Notes: generated from the letters alone by a model not told the origin. Shown: positions 1 to 14,448, numbered from the stretch's first letter. The stretch is DNA of 64,000 nt from Antedon mediterranea (GCF_964355755.1 NC_092674.1:20212001-20276000), one strand, 5' to 3'. Translations and numbers: made by a program.

Positions 1-91
1 ATTATGACAAAGTTACACAATCTTATGTTGGCCAGAATTACAGATATGCGTGCAACAAAATTCGTGGAAAGAAAGAAGAAAATAGAAAAAA

Positions 92-2892
92 CTAGATTTG
101 AACTCGTCACTTTGACGAGTTTGGGTTATCCGCGCAAATGCCCACATGCACATACTTAACCATATGAACCTCGACAATTATTATGCCATCCTATGACATG
201 AAATAAATATGTTTACAGTGCTGAATTGTACCTATTATGTAGCATATATCATATTACAGTATTTTACAGAATAAACTGTATATGTTATATACAGTGTAGC
301 ATAGACAAAATTACGAGACCCATCTTTTAAATCCAATTATTAATACGATGACGTCATCAAATTGACATATAAAGATAACATTTTTAGAAGATAATTATCT
401 AAATAATTACATTAAAACAAATTAGAAGAATTTTGGGCACGTAAAAGTGAGATGCGCTCTATTTAATGTGATGAGCAATAACGAAAGAGTAAAAAACCCT
501 ATATTTTACATTCGTGTGGCCATACGATGACGTCATAACATCCGAGGGGTAAAGATTCTGCATGAATTCATATCTACAACATATCTACTTACATATAAAA
601 TTTAAAAAATTGGGGGTCGTGGATGGTCCTGATGAGCTATAATAGATTCAAAATTGTCATTATTTTGACAATATTTATAACTTTTTCAATTAAAACGCGC
701 GCAAATGGTATAAATCAACGTGTTCGTGTGACGTCATTTTAATTTCAAATTATGTCAATCTTTTTTTAAATGACTAGGAAAGGTTGGAAAATCATAATTC
801 AAGAGAAAAAAACATGATTTTCATGCTCCGTGCGCACCATACGCGTAAATTTTTTTTTGCGCGCGGGAATTTTTGACATGCTCAGCGTAGAAAGTTGATT
901 AGAAATTAATTTTGCGCATTTTGAAACTTAAAATGCGCGTGCGCGCGTAACTTCTTGTGAAACATGCCATTTTTAATCCATAGAAAGTTTGCCCTTGATA
1001 TGACTTAAATTTTCACCAAGTGTCAATACAAAATGACTTTTGGTTTATAATCTATGACCAATCATTGAAATTCATAAAATCGCGCGTAACTTACGCTACG
1101 CGACTCTAACGTCATATAACAAAGTTTCCTGCACATCTACAGCTACAGGTTAATCTTATGACAAAGTTATAAAAAGTTATGTCTACAAATATTTGAGATA
1201 TAGCTGCAACAAAATTCAGGGAAAGAAAGAAGAACTAGACATGAAACTCGTCACTTTGACGAGTTAGTTATCCGCTCGACAAACGCCACGTGCACGTCAT
1301 ACGTTACAATATTGCGCACAGAAAAATATTAAGGCATTATGACCTGAACTGAAGAATATGATATGTTGTTATTTCTGAATTCTGTTATTTTGTGTCATAT
1401 AGTATACACAGTACAATCTGTATACATATCACAAACAGTGTAAAATAGGTGAAATTACGGGACCCGTATTTTATTGTAATTTTTAACATCTTGACGGTTT
1501 CAAAATGAAATGCAAAAGTAGAAATTTCAGAATGAAATTATCTCAGCAACAACATATTAACGTGTAGAAGAAATTTGAATACGTGAAATATTGATGCGCG
1601 CTCTTTTAAATGTAATGAAATATAATGCAACAGATGAAAATACGACTTTTTTTATTTAACTGGCCATATGATGACGTCACGACATTCAATTGGCACAATT
1701 TACACATGATTTTGTATCTACAATACAATAGCTTCCTGAAAACGTTTTAATCGTGATTATCACATTTTATTCTTACGAGGTATAACAGATTAAAATTTAC
1801 TGTAAAGATGAAATTAATGACCAACGTAATTTAAATTTTTAGGCATGATGACGTTAAAAAAATTAAAAAAATTTTAATTCATGCAAAAGATAGTTGATTG
1901 ACCTAGAATATATTAAAATCGGGGTGAAAATAGACAACGAATAAGTGGAGATGCGCTCTATTAAATGTGATGAGCTATGACGAAAGAGACAAAAATCCTA
2001 TATTTTATATTCGCGTGGCCATACGATGACGTCACAATGTCCGGTTACCCATATTAATGCATGATCCGATATCTACAACTCATCAACTTCCAGAATATGT
2101 AATTAAAAAAAAGTTCTCCATGTAGTTTAGAATCTATGACTGTTTAAAAATAGGCATAATTTTGACAAATTTTTGAACTTTTTCACCAAAAACGCGTGCA
2201 AATTATGTAATTCGACGTGCTCGTATGACGTAATTTTAAGTCAAAATTGTTTAAAAGTTGGTAACATTACTAGAAAAGGCTGAAAAAACATAAATCACGC
2301 GAAAAAAATATGTTTTTAACGCTACGTGTGCACCGCGTGCGTAAAAATTTTCGCGCGCGTGGGAATTTTTGACATGCTCAAAATGACATGAAACGCATAG
2401 AAAGTTGATTAGAAGTTGATTTTTCGCATCCTAAAATTTTAAACGCACGTACGCGCGTAACTTTTTGTGAAACATGCTATTTTTAATCCATAGAAAGTTT
2501 GCGCTTGATATGACTTAAATTTTCACAAAGTGTCAAAACAAAATTATGTTTGGTTTTTAGTCTATGATCAATCATTGAAATTCATAAAATCGCGCGTACG
2601 TCACGTTGCGCAACTCTGACGTCATTCAAAAATAGGAGGTGCACAAGTTCACGTAAATGTCGATGTGTTGACAAAGTTACGATATGTTCTGTTTACACGT
2701 TTTAGAGAAACGCGACGCACAAAAATGACAGAAAGAAAGAAGTATAATACAGAAAAAAAAAAAAAATTTGATGAAACAGGACGATTACAAGGAGTTATCC
2801 GCTACTAAGCGGATAACTAATAAAGATGAAAAAAAAAAAAGATATTTACAATAACAAGGGTTATCCGCAACTTACTAGTTGCGGATAACCAA
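92..2892 (-). mobile_element. HINE-like family 1, middle copy B (92-1233 plus 2822-2892), interrupted by copy C
   Basis: CTAG terminus at 92-95, hairpin AACTCGTC..GACGAGTT, subterminal GGTTATCCGC at 124-133. Matching terminal palindrome GGTTATCCGCAACT..AGTTGCGGATAACC at 2859-2890. Body is homologous to copy C and to 40206-41407. Confidence 0.75.
1235..2820 (-). mobile_element. HINE-like family 1, inner copy C (complete)
   Basis: CTAG at 1235-1238, hairpin, subterminal AGTTATCCGC at 1266-1275. Terminal palindrome AGTTATCCGC..GCGGATAACT at 2793-2818. Internal module duplicated (~1575-1790 and ~1945-2150). Confidence 0.8.
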
Positions 2893-3362
2893 AAAGAGAA
2901 AAAAAAGAAAAAAAAAAAAGATCCTGACAATAACAAGGGGTTATCCGCCAAGTGCGGATAACCAATAAAATAAATAGTATAACTAACACTGTTGCTTTTC
3001 ATAATCTGTGGCTGCAGACACAATAACCTATCATCAAGTTATAAAAGTTCTTATATTTTACTCTTCATAACAGTGTCCTGTTTCAGTTGTATCGGCTGCT
3101 TCTCACAAGCTTTGCTTTTTTTAAATTTTGCCCCTCTAAAACCAAATTATTGTAACTTATTATTAATTAAAATATTGAAGAAAAATATAATTGTTATTTT
3201 TTATTTGATTGAGAGGTTAAATTTTATTTTAATAGTGTCTTCTATAGTTTGATTTTGTTTAGCATCCTCTCTTTTTCGGCTATGCTTTCATAAATTCCGA
3301 TATTTAAATTTTTCAATGGGACTCATTTTGCAATTTTTTTCCTCCTGTAGAAATTTTATGTT

Positions 3363-3785
3363 TGTAATAAATTACCATTCCCTAACATATACAGTAACAT
3401 CTAAGTATCTACATGAACATTCTAGAATAAGATGTTTTGACTAAGAAACCATGTAAAATTAATATAAAAACAATCAGGAACATTCCAGAAGTGCTATTAA
3501 TAGAAACTGATCCAATAGAATAAGAAGTATAAGGAATGATGACAATTGTAAGATGGGAGAAAGTTTTTTGATTGAAGCATTTATTTTGAAGAAGGCTGGT
3601 TGGATATTAGATTGTAAAAGTTATTGTGAAGCTGTTGTTTAAAGTGCTTACTGGACTGTTGAAAGTTGAAATTAAAGCTTTGTTTTGAGTTTACAACTTT
3701 GTGGATTTTGTGTGTATACTTTCACAAGGGAATTCCTGAAGTATTTTTAACCGCTCGGAAACATACGTAAAGAGAGTTCGTGACA
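3363..3785 (+). mobile_element. Solo LTR of an LTR retrotransposon (423 bp)
   Basis: Begins TGT, ends ACA, flanked by perfect 5-bp direct repeat ATGTT (3358-3362, 3786-3790). Internal TATAA-like (~3528) and ATTAAA (~3671) followed by a GT-rich tract. Confidence 0.7.
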
Positions 3786-6689
3786 ATGTTGAAAAATGAA
3801 CATAGCACATTTTTGCATTGCTCTGAATGAAAGAGTATGGAATACAGAACTTTCAAATACTGTATTACAAAGGAAGCAATGAAAATAAGTACCTGTTACT
3901 TTTGTTAGTAAAAAGAAAATATTTCCAATTTTTCAAAACATTCAATGTTCTAAGTAGAACTAACAAGAGATAATTTACAGTAATGATGACAATAATACAC
4001 ACTTAACTAAACAATATACATTCATTGAATCTGATAAGACTTGTAACAAAAGAAACATCTTTACTGGATTAAAGGCATTGTATCTTTGTCACAATTCGGT
4101 CAAATTAACAGTTTATCTTCGCAATCAATAAATGCTTCTATTCTGCTTTTGTATTATCTATGATTGTTCTCAAGGCCTACAGGCAGTTTGCATTCTTCTT
4201 CTGTTAAATGTCCCCGATACTGCACCTTACATATTACATTGGCTTTCTTTGTTGTACAAACTAACACTTTACAAAATAATGAATTTATTATGTAGTAATT
4301 GTGAGCATCTTAATTGATCAATAAAATTGATAACTTCATTTTATTAAATAATATTGGTAGTTTAAATTCAACAAATTCTCTTTTTAAAAAAGGAATGATA
4401 ATATAAACCATTACATTTCACAACTTACTTTAACTGTTAAATAAATATTATATTATATTGTTTTATTAGTTCTATCAAATACAAAATATATAATTTACCT
4501 AAAGATGTATAAGAAAATTGTAAAAAGTACAGTATATATGCAATACTGTATATAGCCCTGTTGAAACTTGTACAAATTTTTATCCCTGCATTGAATGTGG
4601 CAATATGGGAATCATGTATATCAACTTCCAGAAAGTTGAGAGATGTGCCGGAAAATGTGCATGAAAAAAATTGTTTTTTAATAATTTGTGAACTGCATTA
4701 ATAATGGAACAGTACAGACCTACATTTGTGCAAATGTCAAGCAGAGTATGTGTTTACACCCACTATTGAGTTATTAATAATAAAATAAAATATGATAAAC
4801 ATTTCCAAATATCATTATTTTAATGATCATTCAGTCAATTTCATCTAATCATTTGGTAGTAAAAAACCTTATGCAAAATGTCTAATAAAATCATTTGAAA
4901 GCAGATTCATTATTATTATTACAATGAAAATATCATTTTGATAATAAAGAATAAATTTTGACATTAGCATTGAGCAGTTCATCTTTCCTATCCATTGTTG
5001 AGTCAAGATGAACTAAAAGCATTGTCATAAAGAATACAGATAAAACAAATTACTACACTAATTCCAGAATTCTATATAATACCTCACTTCAAAATATTAA
5101 CACCACTCCATCGTATTACGACACATCATCGAAAAAATAAAGCATACTCCTAAGTGCTTAGACATCAAATTCTACCTCTTGGAAATTGTTACTAAGCGCC
5201 GGCAAAGATTTAAACTGTGACAAATATGCTTTGATTTAAATTAATTGACAATCTTAACTCTCTTGCAATCTTGAAAGTGGTTAAATCTCAGTATAAATGA
5301 AAGTAACGTCTTAGCTTTTTATACAGATGAGGAACTTCCTTTTTAGATGATTCAATTGATATACGGTAAGGAAGAAGCTTGACTTTAATATGACTACAAT
5401 AAGAAGTACTTTAAACAGTTATAGCCACACCAGAATTTCACCAAAAGTTTCAATACAAGCATAAAAACGTATATAGATGTACAGTAAGTAAACTTCTTAG
5501 CTTTATAACAGTTATAACGACACCAAAGTTTCACCACAAGTTTCACTGAAAATATACACAAATACATAATGGATGTACATAACTTCTTAACAAAAGATAC
5601 ACCAAATTTTAAAAAGAAAAATATAAAAGACAGTAACTTCCTAGCTTAATTAACATTCGAGTTACGTACTTTCAATTCAAAAAGAGTTTTTAACGTTAAT
5701 GTAACCACACACCAAAAAAAATAAATAAAACAACTTAAATCTATTATATTTTACATTCTAATATTGAAAACAAAAGAAAACAATAGACGTCCTTCACAAT
5801 ATAAATGTATTAGAATTAAATTGATTCTTAGAAATTAATCAAAGATATCGACTATATTATCTCCTTTGACTGTCCGAGATTTAGATAAAATCTGCTGTGT
5901 TATTTAAAGAGTGAATTTCATTCATTATATCAGATTGTTGGTAGGCTTAAAGGATTTATGGGTAGTTATTAGCTGCTTTTTTCTCAAATATATGTTAAGC
6001 CAAGTGATTTAAAACATTTTCTTAAATTAATTTGCACAAAGAATATTGAATATGGCAGAGCTGATGTAATCTAGCATTACATTATTAAAAGATGTAGAAT
6101 CATTTTAGTTTTAATATATAAATTGCAATATCAATTCAAAATGTAATATACTCATTTGTTACATCCCAGATGTGACAGATAATATCAAAAGCTGATCATA
6201 TGAATTTATACATAAAACATTACATTTAAACATTAGTTACCTAAATATTACACTTAAAAATTTGTTACAAGTTACATGATTCATTCATTGGTCTAATTGG
6301 TTGAATTTCATTTTCATCAACAACCCTTAACTTTTATTAAAATGTATTACACAAGAACAAATTTGACTATCTAAATCATTACACATTTATCTTTAAAATA
6401 ACTTCAAATAAAAATACCCTGAGTTCAATGCAACAGCAAGAAAGACATCAAGTTAAAAAACAAATATTAATATTATCATATTAATATAGAGTAAAGAAAA
6501 ATTACAATGGACATAATTAATTGTAAACACAGTGACAAAACTTAGGAGAAAAACTAAAATGAATCTCCAAAAAAATATTTGTATTTGGGAAGAAGTGGAA
6601 GTCAGTGGTCTCTTCATTAGAATTGAATTTAGTCTTCAAAAATGCAAATTCATGCACAAATTTTTCATCCATCACAAATTGATCTAAAA

Positions 6690-7185
6690 TATGAGGGATC
6701 TCTAATCTGAGGGATCTCTAATTTAATGGGATCTATAATTTGAGCCAGGGATCTCTAATTTAAAGGGATCTCTCTAATATGAGGTATCTTTAATTTGAGG
6801 GATTTCTAATTCAAAGGGATCTCTAATTTGAAAGAGATCTCTAACATGAGGGTTCTCTAATTTGAGGAATCTCTAATTTGAAGGATCTCTAATTTGAGGG
6901 ATCTAGTCTAATTTGAGGGATCTCTAATTTGAGGGATCTCTAATTTGAGGGATCTCTAATTTAAAGGGACCTCTAATTTGAGAGATCTCTAATATTAGGG
7001 ATCTCTAATTTAAAAGGATCTCTAATTTAATGGGATCTATAATTTGAGTGATCTCTAATTTAAAGGGATCTCTCTAATATGAGGGATTTCTAATTTGAGA
7101 GATCTCTAATTTAAAGGATCTCTCTAATATGAGGGATCTCTAATTTAAGGAATCTATAATTTGTAGGATCTCAAATTGGAGGGGA
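6690..7185. repeat. Minisatellite, ~16-bp unit GAGGGATCTCTAATTT, ~30 copies
   Basis: Tandem repetition read directly, with degenerate edges. Confidence 0.95.
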
Positions 7186-8730
7186 GACCTGTATCAATTA
7201 TATTACTGCTTGTTGATTTTGCTATATTTATAACAAATTATAATCAAATAAAACATTATTTTATTATATTGCTATTATAGAAAATTAAATTCTTTACCAT
7301 AAGACACATTCCTTGAATAAATTCAAGCATGAAGTCTGTCAATACCAATTGCTTAGCGTATTATTTCACATGTCACAAAAACACTTTATTACCGAATCGA
7401 TAACGAAAAATGAATTCATATAGATCTAAATACTTATACACATTGTCTTAATCTTTATCTTCACAAAGTAAGCCAAATGCTCTATCTATTGACGGCTAAC
7501 ACGCAATAATGTAGCCAGTGTGTCTCAGGAGAGACCACGCTTTATCAGCCGTGAAAGTAGAGTTGAATTAAACATGTTTGAATCCATAAATTTTCAGATT
7601 TGGATAATAAGCGATCAATTGTGAACACCGTAGATACTGATCAGATATCCGGCGGTCTACAATTATATGCTTCTTAAGGTGTTTGATAAATTGTTTAAGG
7701 TAATTGATTGATCCCAGTGTCTTTTTATGATAAATGTGAGTTGAAAGAAATTGAAATTGGATACAAAAATATGACAAGCTGTCAATTCAAGAAATATCGA
7801 TATTTGAAACCTGTTTACAAGGGTTTTTAAAAAAAACCAAAGAAACCATCTTAAAAGCACAGTGCTTTGGATTCATTAACCCAAATTCTACAGTAGAAAT
7901 TGGAATCTATTAACTGAAAATCACACCTAATTAAATCACTATAGAGAAAACATTTACAGTAGGAATATTGTATGATATTAATTGACATTAACATGGGGAT
8001 TACAAAGTATCATGGTATTATTATTGTTTATTAAATGTAAGTTGCATTTATTACAAATAAAATATCTGCCAATGTGCAGTATTTTACATATGGTCTCAAC
8101 ATATTAATTAAAGAATTGTAGGTTCAAAAACTCTAATTCATATTTTTCAATAAGGGGATATGAATACACATATATTAAAGAACTAGAGTATAAACTAAGC
8201 ACCATGGTGAGGCTATTATGCCTACTGTATCTGTTAAGATAAATATATAAAAATTGAAAACATTATAGATAACCATATAAATCAGATAATCACGGTCAGA
8301 TTTTATAAAAATAAACTCTATTTTAAATGGAATGTTTAGAGTAAATACTACCAATAATACTCAATAATACTACAAATTGATTTTAATTCTTTTAAACGTA
8401 GTATTAAGAAATATTATATATATACACAACAGGCACAGAACATTAATTCTAAACTGCCTGGTGATATACTAAAATTTAATTAATTAATGTTGTAGGCATT
8501 ATTTAACTAAAACAATCCAACAATTTCTTTGTACATGTATTCATATTCTTTAAAGATGTATTTTCTCCCAAAAATCCATAAAAAATGAAGATGAATAAAG
8601 AGACTTTGGATATGGTTTTGACTTGCCTAGAAAGAAAAAACAATCAAAAATAGTGATTTCACTTAAAAAAAAAAAATAAAAAAATTTAACTTTAAATTTA
8701 ACCTAAAACTCCCCATTTGACTATGTTTAG

Positions 8731-8960
8731 CTTAAATTACAGTTTTTTAGGTAAATAACTTTTTTTTTAAATCATTTTTTTGGTCAAAGTGAATAACTAT
8801 TATGTGACGACATTAAAATGGCATATTTAACAAACAAATGTTCAAAAATTGTTTTTACAGAGAGACAATATATCTTTTGAGAGATTATTTATTTGCATAT
8901 CTTAATTTTTTGTTGTATAGCAGCAAACAAAAATGAAAAACATTTCTATGTCGGACTAAA
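8731..8960 (+). repeat. Interspersed repeat fragment with a second copy at ~63335-63530
   Basis: Shared blocks TTAAATTACA.TTTTT.AGGTAAA, AATAACTATTATGTGAC, AAACAAAT and ACAATATATCTT in the same order at both loci. Confidence 0.55.
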
Positions 8961-11900
8961 ATTTATTTTTATGATCAATATTTATAATACTTTATTAATT
9001 AAATTATATTTATTTAGTAATAAAAAGGTAAGATAGATGTTTACTTTCGTGATAATTATAAAATGTGGGCGAAAGAAATTGTCATTGTAACGATTTTTAA
9101 TTGAATCAAACAGTTGGTACTTTATGATAACACAAGTGCACTGTATCAACAGATGGCTATGTCTAGAATAATAGCAATTATTATTAAAAGCAATCATCAA
9201 TTTTATCGTAGAATATATTCACTAACAAATACCATAACATTCATTAATCTACCATTTGAAGAAATATCATTTTTAAAATAGTTTAGTTTATAGATTAATC
9301 AAACCAAAATATATACAGTGTATACAGCATAATAATATAACACCCAGGCATACTCCTTCCCCTCTTTAACATAATGGCATTATTTGATTGCCACTCACAG
9401 CTAAAATTTGTACAGACTAAAGAGATGTTGTGTCCATTAAAACAATAATACTAACTTGTATTTACTATTTCTAATTAATATGTAATTATCCTTACAGGAT
9501 TGTATATAATATAAAAAAAACATAAATTCACAATTATTATATAAACAGTTCAGAATTTTAAGGGAATTTCAACACAGAAACTGTCTCTAGAGTATGATAA
9601 AATAAACCTTGACTCTGTTGATTATCATATCTAATTCCTATTTCTTCATGAGTACCAATGAGAGAACCCCGTCAGGATGTCAAAAACCCTTGCATGGATT
9701 TAGAGGCTATCCATGGTACCATACAAATGATTTTGTTTATTCTAATTTGTGTTAGATTTTCATGTATTGTATTGAAATAAATCAAATGAAATCAAAAAGG
9801 TTTTTTTTACTTTAATTTAAGCTATTTTTCTTAATTTTTTTAAATTGAAAGAATCATTCAATTTTCAATCAAAATAGCCTGATCCATGTGTAGTATTTTT
9901 AGTATTTTTATTGGTACTCACTTTAGAATAAGTGGAACACACCTTTCGGTAGTGCGTCCATACAAATATAAACAATTGTTTATATAAACATAAACATATA
10001 AAAGGAAAATGATGACTAACTTATATAATTTACTTACATGGAAAAAAACAAAACCTAATACAATGTACAGTAGTAATTGTACACTTGAATAAATACCGTA
10101 CTTAAAAAAAATAATTGTATTTCGATGTGTGTGTGTGTAAACAGCAAAGGAATGTTTACATTATCATTTGCATTAAATCATTTTTTATTTGGCCTAAATT
10201 TGTTTTAATTTAAACTTTTTTATAAAAGAAAGGAGCATTCACTATAAATCAATCGGATTGGTAGAACAAGAAAAGGACTGTAACCTTCCATACGGCAGAT
10301 TGTATCTGTAAAACTAAAATAAAAAAGAAAAAGTTTATTCTAAAATCAATAATCACTGCATTGTATAAAAGCGAGTTCAATACATTTATAGCGGATTTTA
10401 ATATAAAAGAAACAGATGGTAAATAATAAAACAGATACATGTTTGATTTTTAGATAATAACAATTTTCAATAGGGGTGATTGTGATGGTAATATTTTAGC
10501 GAACAAGGAATCATAACAGGTTTAGACATTGTGAATTTTTGTATTAAAAAAACTATCGATCTATTCACATGAATGGAGTTTTTGGTTTACACAACCTGGT
10601 GTATATATTATGGCCTTTTTTACTTCAAAACCAATATGCACTTGAAAATCTGGCATCATAGGCCAAGTGATAATTAACAGTTATCATCAAACTTTGTTAT
10701 GAGAAATCAATAAGGGAGGTACTTGGTTTTATTTGATTTTTTTCCACAAAAGTATCATGCGGTTAAAGAGTTTAAATAATGAAAAATGTTGTTATTATCA
10801 TGGAAATGAAACAAAAGATCATTACAAACAAAATTCATTCATTCAACAACAACAATGTTGGTTTTGAGTGGGAAGTGCAGGAGTCAAGTTTGTTTTTAGC
10901 TGTTTTAAATCTGCTTTAATTTATAGACTTTTGATATTTCAGTTATGTAAAAACAAAAATCCTGCATGTTTAATCAACTCCAATAAAACTCTTATATTTC
11001 CAGTAGCCTAATCAACTCCAGTACGGCTAAAATAAATTTAGTGAAAATCATTTTTAGATCAGTGGCACAAACTTAATGTGGAGTCAAACACAACAATTAA
11101 AACATTACAAACAAAACAAATCATTTTACACTTAGTGGCAACACACGGGTGCAGTAATAATGAAAACTTAAACTACACAAAAATAAAATAAGATGAAACA
11201 TAGAATATACCATAATATAATGCAGATGGACTCAATAATTATTGGTTAGCTTCAATAAGACATGAAAAATAATGAAAATATTATAAACAGAATGCAAATT
11301 ACCTATTTTTAAATCGGGTTTATTTTTTTTCCAGATTACTTTTAAAAGTCTTAAATGCAATGCAAAACATTTATACTAAGATCCATGTGAATATCATCCT
11401 AAAATCATTGACATTAGCATTCATAATCATTTCCCATGTTGCACACTTCTAAAAAGATCATATTTTAGTTTTACTAAATTCTGTCCCAGTGTTAAGCGTT
11501 TGACAATAATACAAAAAAATACAAAAATGTAGTACCGTATTATTTTTTTATCTCACTACTTTGATATAATATTATTTTTTTTTATAGATTTGTTGGAGTG
11601 TGAAGTACAGAAATACTTGTTTGTACTGTTGGATTTTAGTATTTTACTTGTTACTTGTACTTTTGGAAGTTGGCTATGCAGGACAAATATTACAAAACTA
11701 TTAAAAATTCATCAATGATATTTCTGCTCACCAAAACCAAAATAAACTGGTTTTACTAAATTTATAAATAATACCTTAGCGTTAATAATCACAATTAAAT
11801 GTATTTCTTTTCAGAAAGAGAAATATGTATACTGCCCTCTGTAAGAAATTACTTTTTAAAATGTTGGCGTACAGTTATTGGCATTTTATGGACAATCATA

Positions 11901-12451
11901 GAGAAATTATGTCTCTATGGAACAATGAATTTATTACTATTACAGGCCTAATAAATAATACATGACCTGTGAATATAAAAGCATAGAGATATTATAGTGA
12001 TATCAACAATAATTACACAAGAAAATATTAATCTTTAATAGTAGTAGGCTATTATTTATTACTATCTATCCAAACCATTCCTTATCAAATAAATATTGTT
12101 GTCTAAGCATATATTTTTAAAGATTTCTTCAATTTAAATTTTTGTTTAGCCTTATCTTTATCATTAAGGTTTTAATGGAGATGGAACCAGATAGGCCCAT
12201 AAATGTTTGTTAATTTAGTTATAACATTCCAATAGGCTGAGACTGTTTTTTACAATTAGTAGTGAAGATACTGCATGTTCTCTTACACTTGTTTCTCTTC
12301 TTACAATCATATGCTAACTTTTTAAAGCAATTGCTTGTAACAGTGTAACATGTGACATCATTATAATTTTCCTAAAAAAATGAACAAATTATGATATTGT
12401 ACAGAGTATTAGTAGATAAAACTTATTCTGACACCAAATTTTAAAAGGCTT

Positions 12452-12592
12452 TTTAAACTAGAAGTCTACATATATACAGAGTGGGTCTATATTATAGATG
12501 TGTTTAGTCACTACACTACACTTTAAACTAGAAGTCTACATATATACAGAGTGGGTCTATATTATAGCTGTGTTGAGTCACTACACTACACT
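12452..12592. repeat. Local tandem duplication, 2 x 70 bp
   Basis: TTTAAACTAGAAGTCTACATATATACAGAGTGGG...CTACACTACAC repeated with about 2 mismatches. Confidence 0.9.
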
Positions 12593-14448
12593 GAAAAAGA
12601 AAGATACTATATCTAAGTTTTCATTGATAGAATTAAATAACAAAATACAAAAAAAATATTGGTTGAACAATTCTGAGTGAAGTATTGTGATAAAATTGTT
12701 TTGATGGATAGCATATCTATATATCCAAGACAATCAACTATTGATACCTCCAACAAATTCCTTTATAAAGTATTCTTTTGTCGACTTACTAGTTAAATCT
12801 TAACAATCCCATCACTTATTGACGAAAACCGGCAAGATTTATAATATAATAACAAAATATTACAGTCAAATAAAAATACATTATCTCCAAAAGTGAACAA
12901 TACATTCACACACAAATAGTAATATAAGAGAGTGAATTGGCAGGTTGAGATACAAAGGGTTGAACAAAAGTTGCGTGTTACATGCTTGAATGATGATAAA
13001 GGCACTAAGTGAAATGTCTGTTGAACAAAATGTCCTAAAAGGGACTTAATTCAGGGTACACTGGTTTTCAATAGAGTTGTTTACAAGTTTAGTTAAAAAC
13101 CTAGTCACAATTAGCTGGGAAGGAACAGTTATAAAGGCATGGTGTGTGTAAATCTGTATTTAAACAAAGGTGGTACTATCATATCCAATTCTTCTATTAC
13201 TGTAAGACATTAGCAGAAGAATGAATAGAAGAGTTTCGATTCAAAATAATTTAAAACATGCTCTGATTGTTATCTTTATACTTGTTTGACACGCTATTAA
13301 TATAGTACTTTGAACTTTTCAACATTTATTTGATTTTATTATTTAAAAAAAAACTATTAAAATATAATTCAATATTAAAAATAAAAGGAAAAGAAAAGAT
13401 GCAGTTAGGGTGGTAATGTTACTTATTGCAGACAAATCATAAAAACAGAACCGGTTTCAAGTAGTAGGCAAAGCTGGCTGGCATAGACCTGAATAGGTTA
13501 GCATCCCAGTATGAAGCTATTAGCTAGCCTAAGGTACTAACTATTGATTATACAAAACATTTATAGAATAAGCCTCATGCCACTGTGGTCAGACATTTTA
13601 ATGGAAGTCAAGTTTATATAATTCTACAGTAGGCTACTCTAACGGCCCATTCAAGATAATTATTTACCCGGGTAAGTTGGTTTCATGGGATGGCCACCAA
13701 CTTAACAGGGTATTTGAATCTACCCTTTTAAAAAACAGCCTTCTGATCTTTCACCAACTATTAGAACCATTTGCACAAACTTAAACTTGCAATTGTTCTC
13801 TACATTTATAAAACAGCTGATTATTGTTAATACACGATTATGTTTTTACAAATTATGTGTTTATTCAATTTTATGGTGTCTGCACTAATATACTAAAAAG
13901 AACAACAAAACACCATCGTCCAATGCCTATTTTACATACATTTCTTAAATTTTCAATTCGATATACTGTACTAATACGTTTTGAAAGTGGTCTTGGTTAC
14001 AGGTGCTGTTAAAATTTCATATTCATGGTTATTATAGATTGAACAATTATTTTTGATTTATTACATAATAATAATAATGTTTAGATAAACTAATACATCT
14101 TTTGGGCCCAGTTCTTTGTTTCTTCTGTGTGTTGTAACTGGCGGGTCAGAATGCAGGATAATAAAATTACTATTTTTCATCTTTTAAATGAGCTGTCGGT
14201 TCCATGCCCAATATTGTAAAAAAATACAGCAAGAACAACAATGATCCAGTAGCCATGTGTAAGGGAGAATTTGATGTGACATATTGCTACTTTTTGATGA
14301 TGTAAATATCAATGTATAGGTAATGTAAATAAATGAACATCAAACATGGAAATGGATCAATTGGGTTGGGATCATCTGCCATTAACTGATCAATTGGACA
14401 ACACGAAAAGCAAATCATTCTACTAAACTTTTGTGAGTTATGCTTGGT

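Larger units (their letters stand above)
1..2965 (-). mobile_element. Helentron-associated (HINE/DINE-1-like) non-autonomous element, family 1, outer copy A (split: 1-90 and ~2893-2965; the rest lies left of the window)
   Basis: Joining 1-90 to ~2900-2965 reproduces the reverse complement of the 5' part of the intact copy at 40206-40350. Terminal palindrome GGTTATCCGC-caagt-GCGGATAACC at 2939-2963. Confidence 0.75.

Noticed and set aside
2817-3023. ORF sharing IGYPHLADNPLLLSGSFFFF with ORF 40199-40432
   Set aside because: Both are translations of the HINE terminal palindrome and T-tract, not a protein family.
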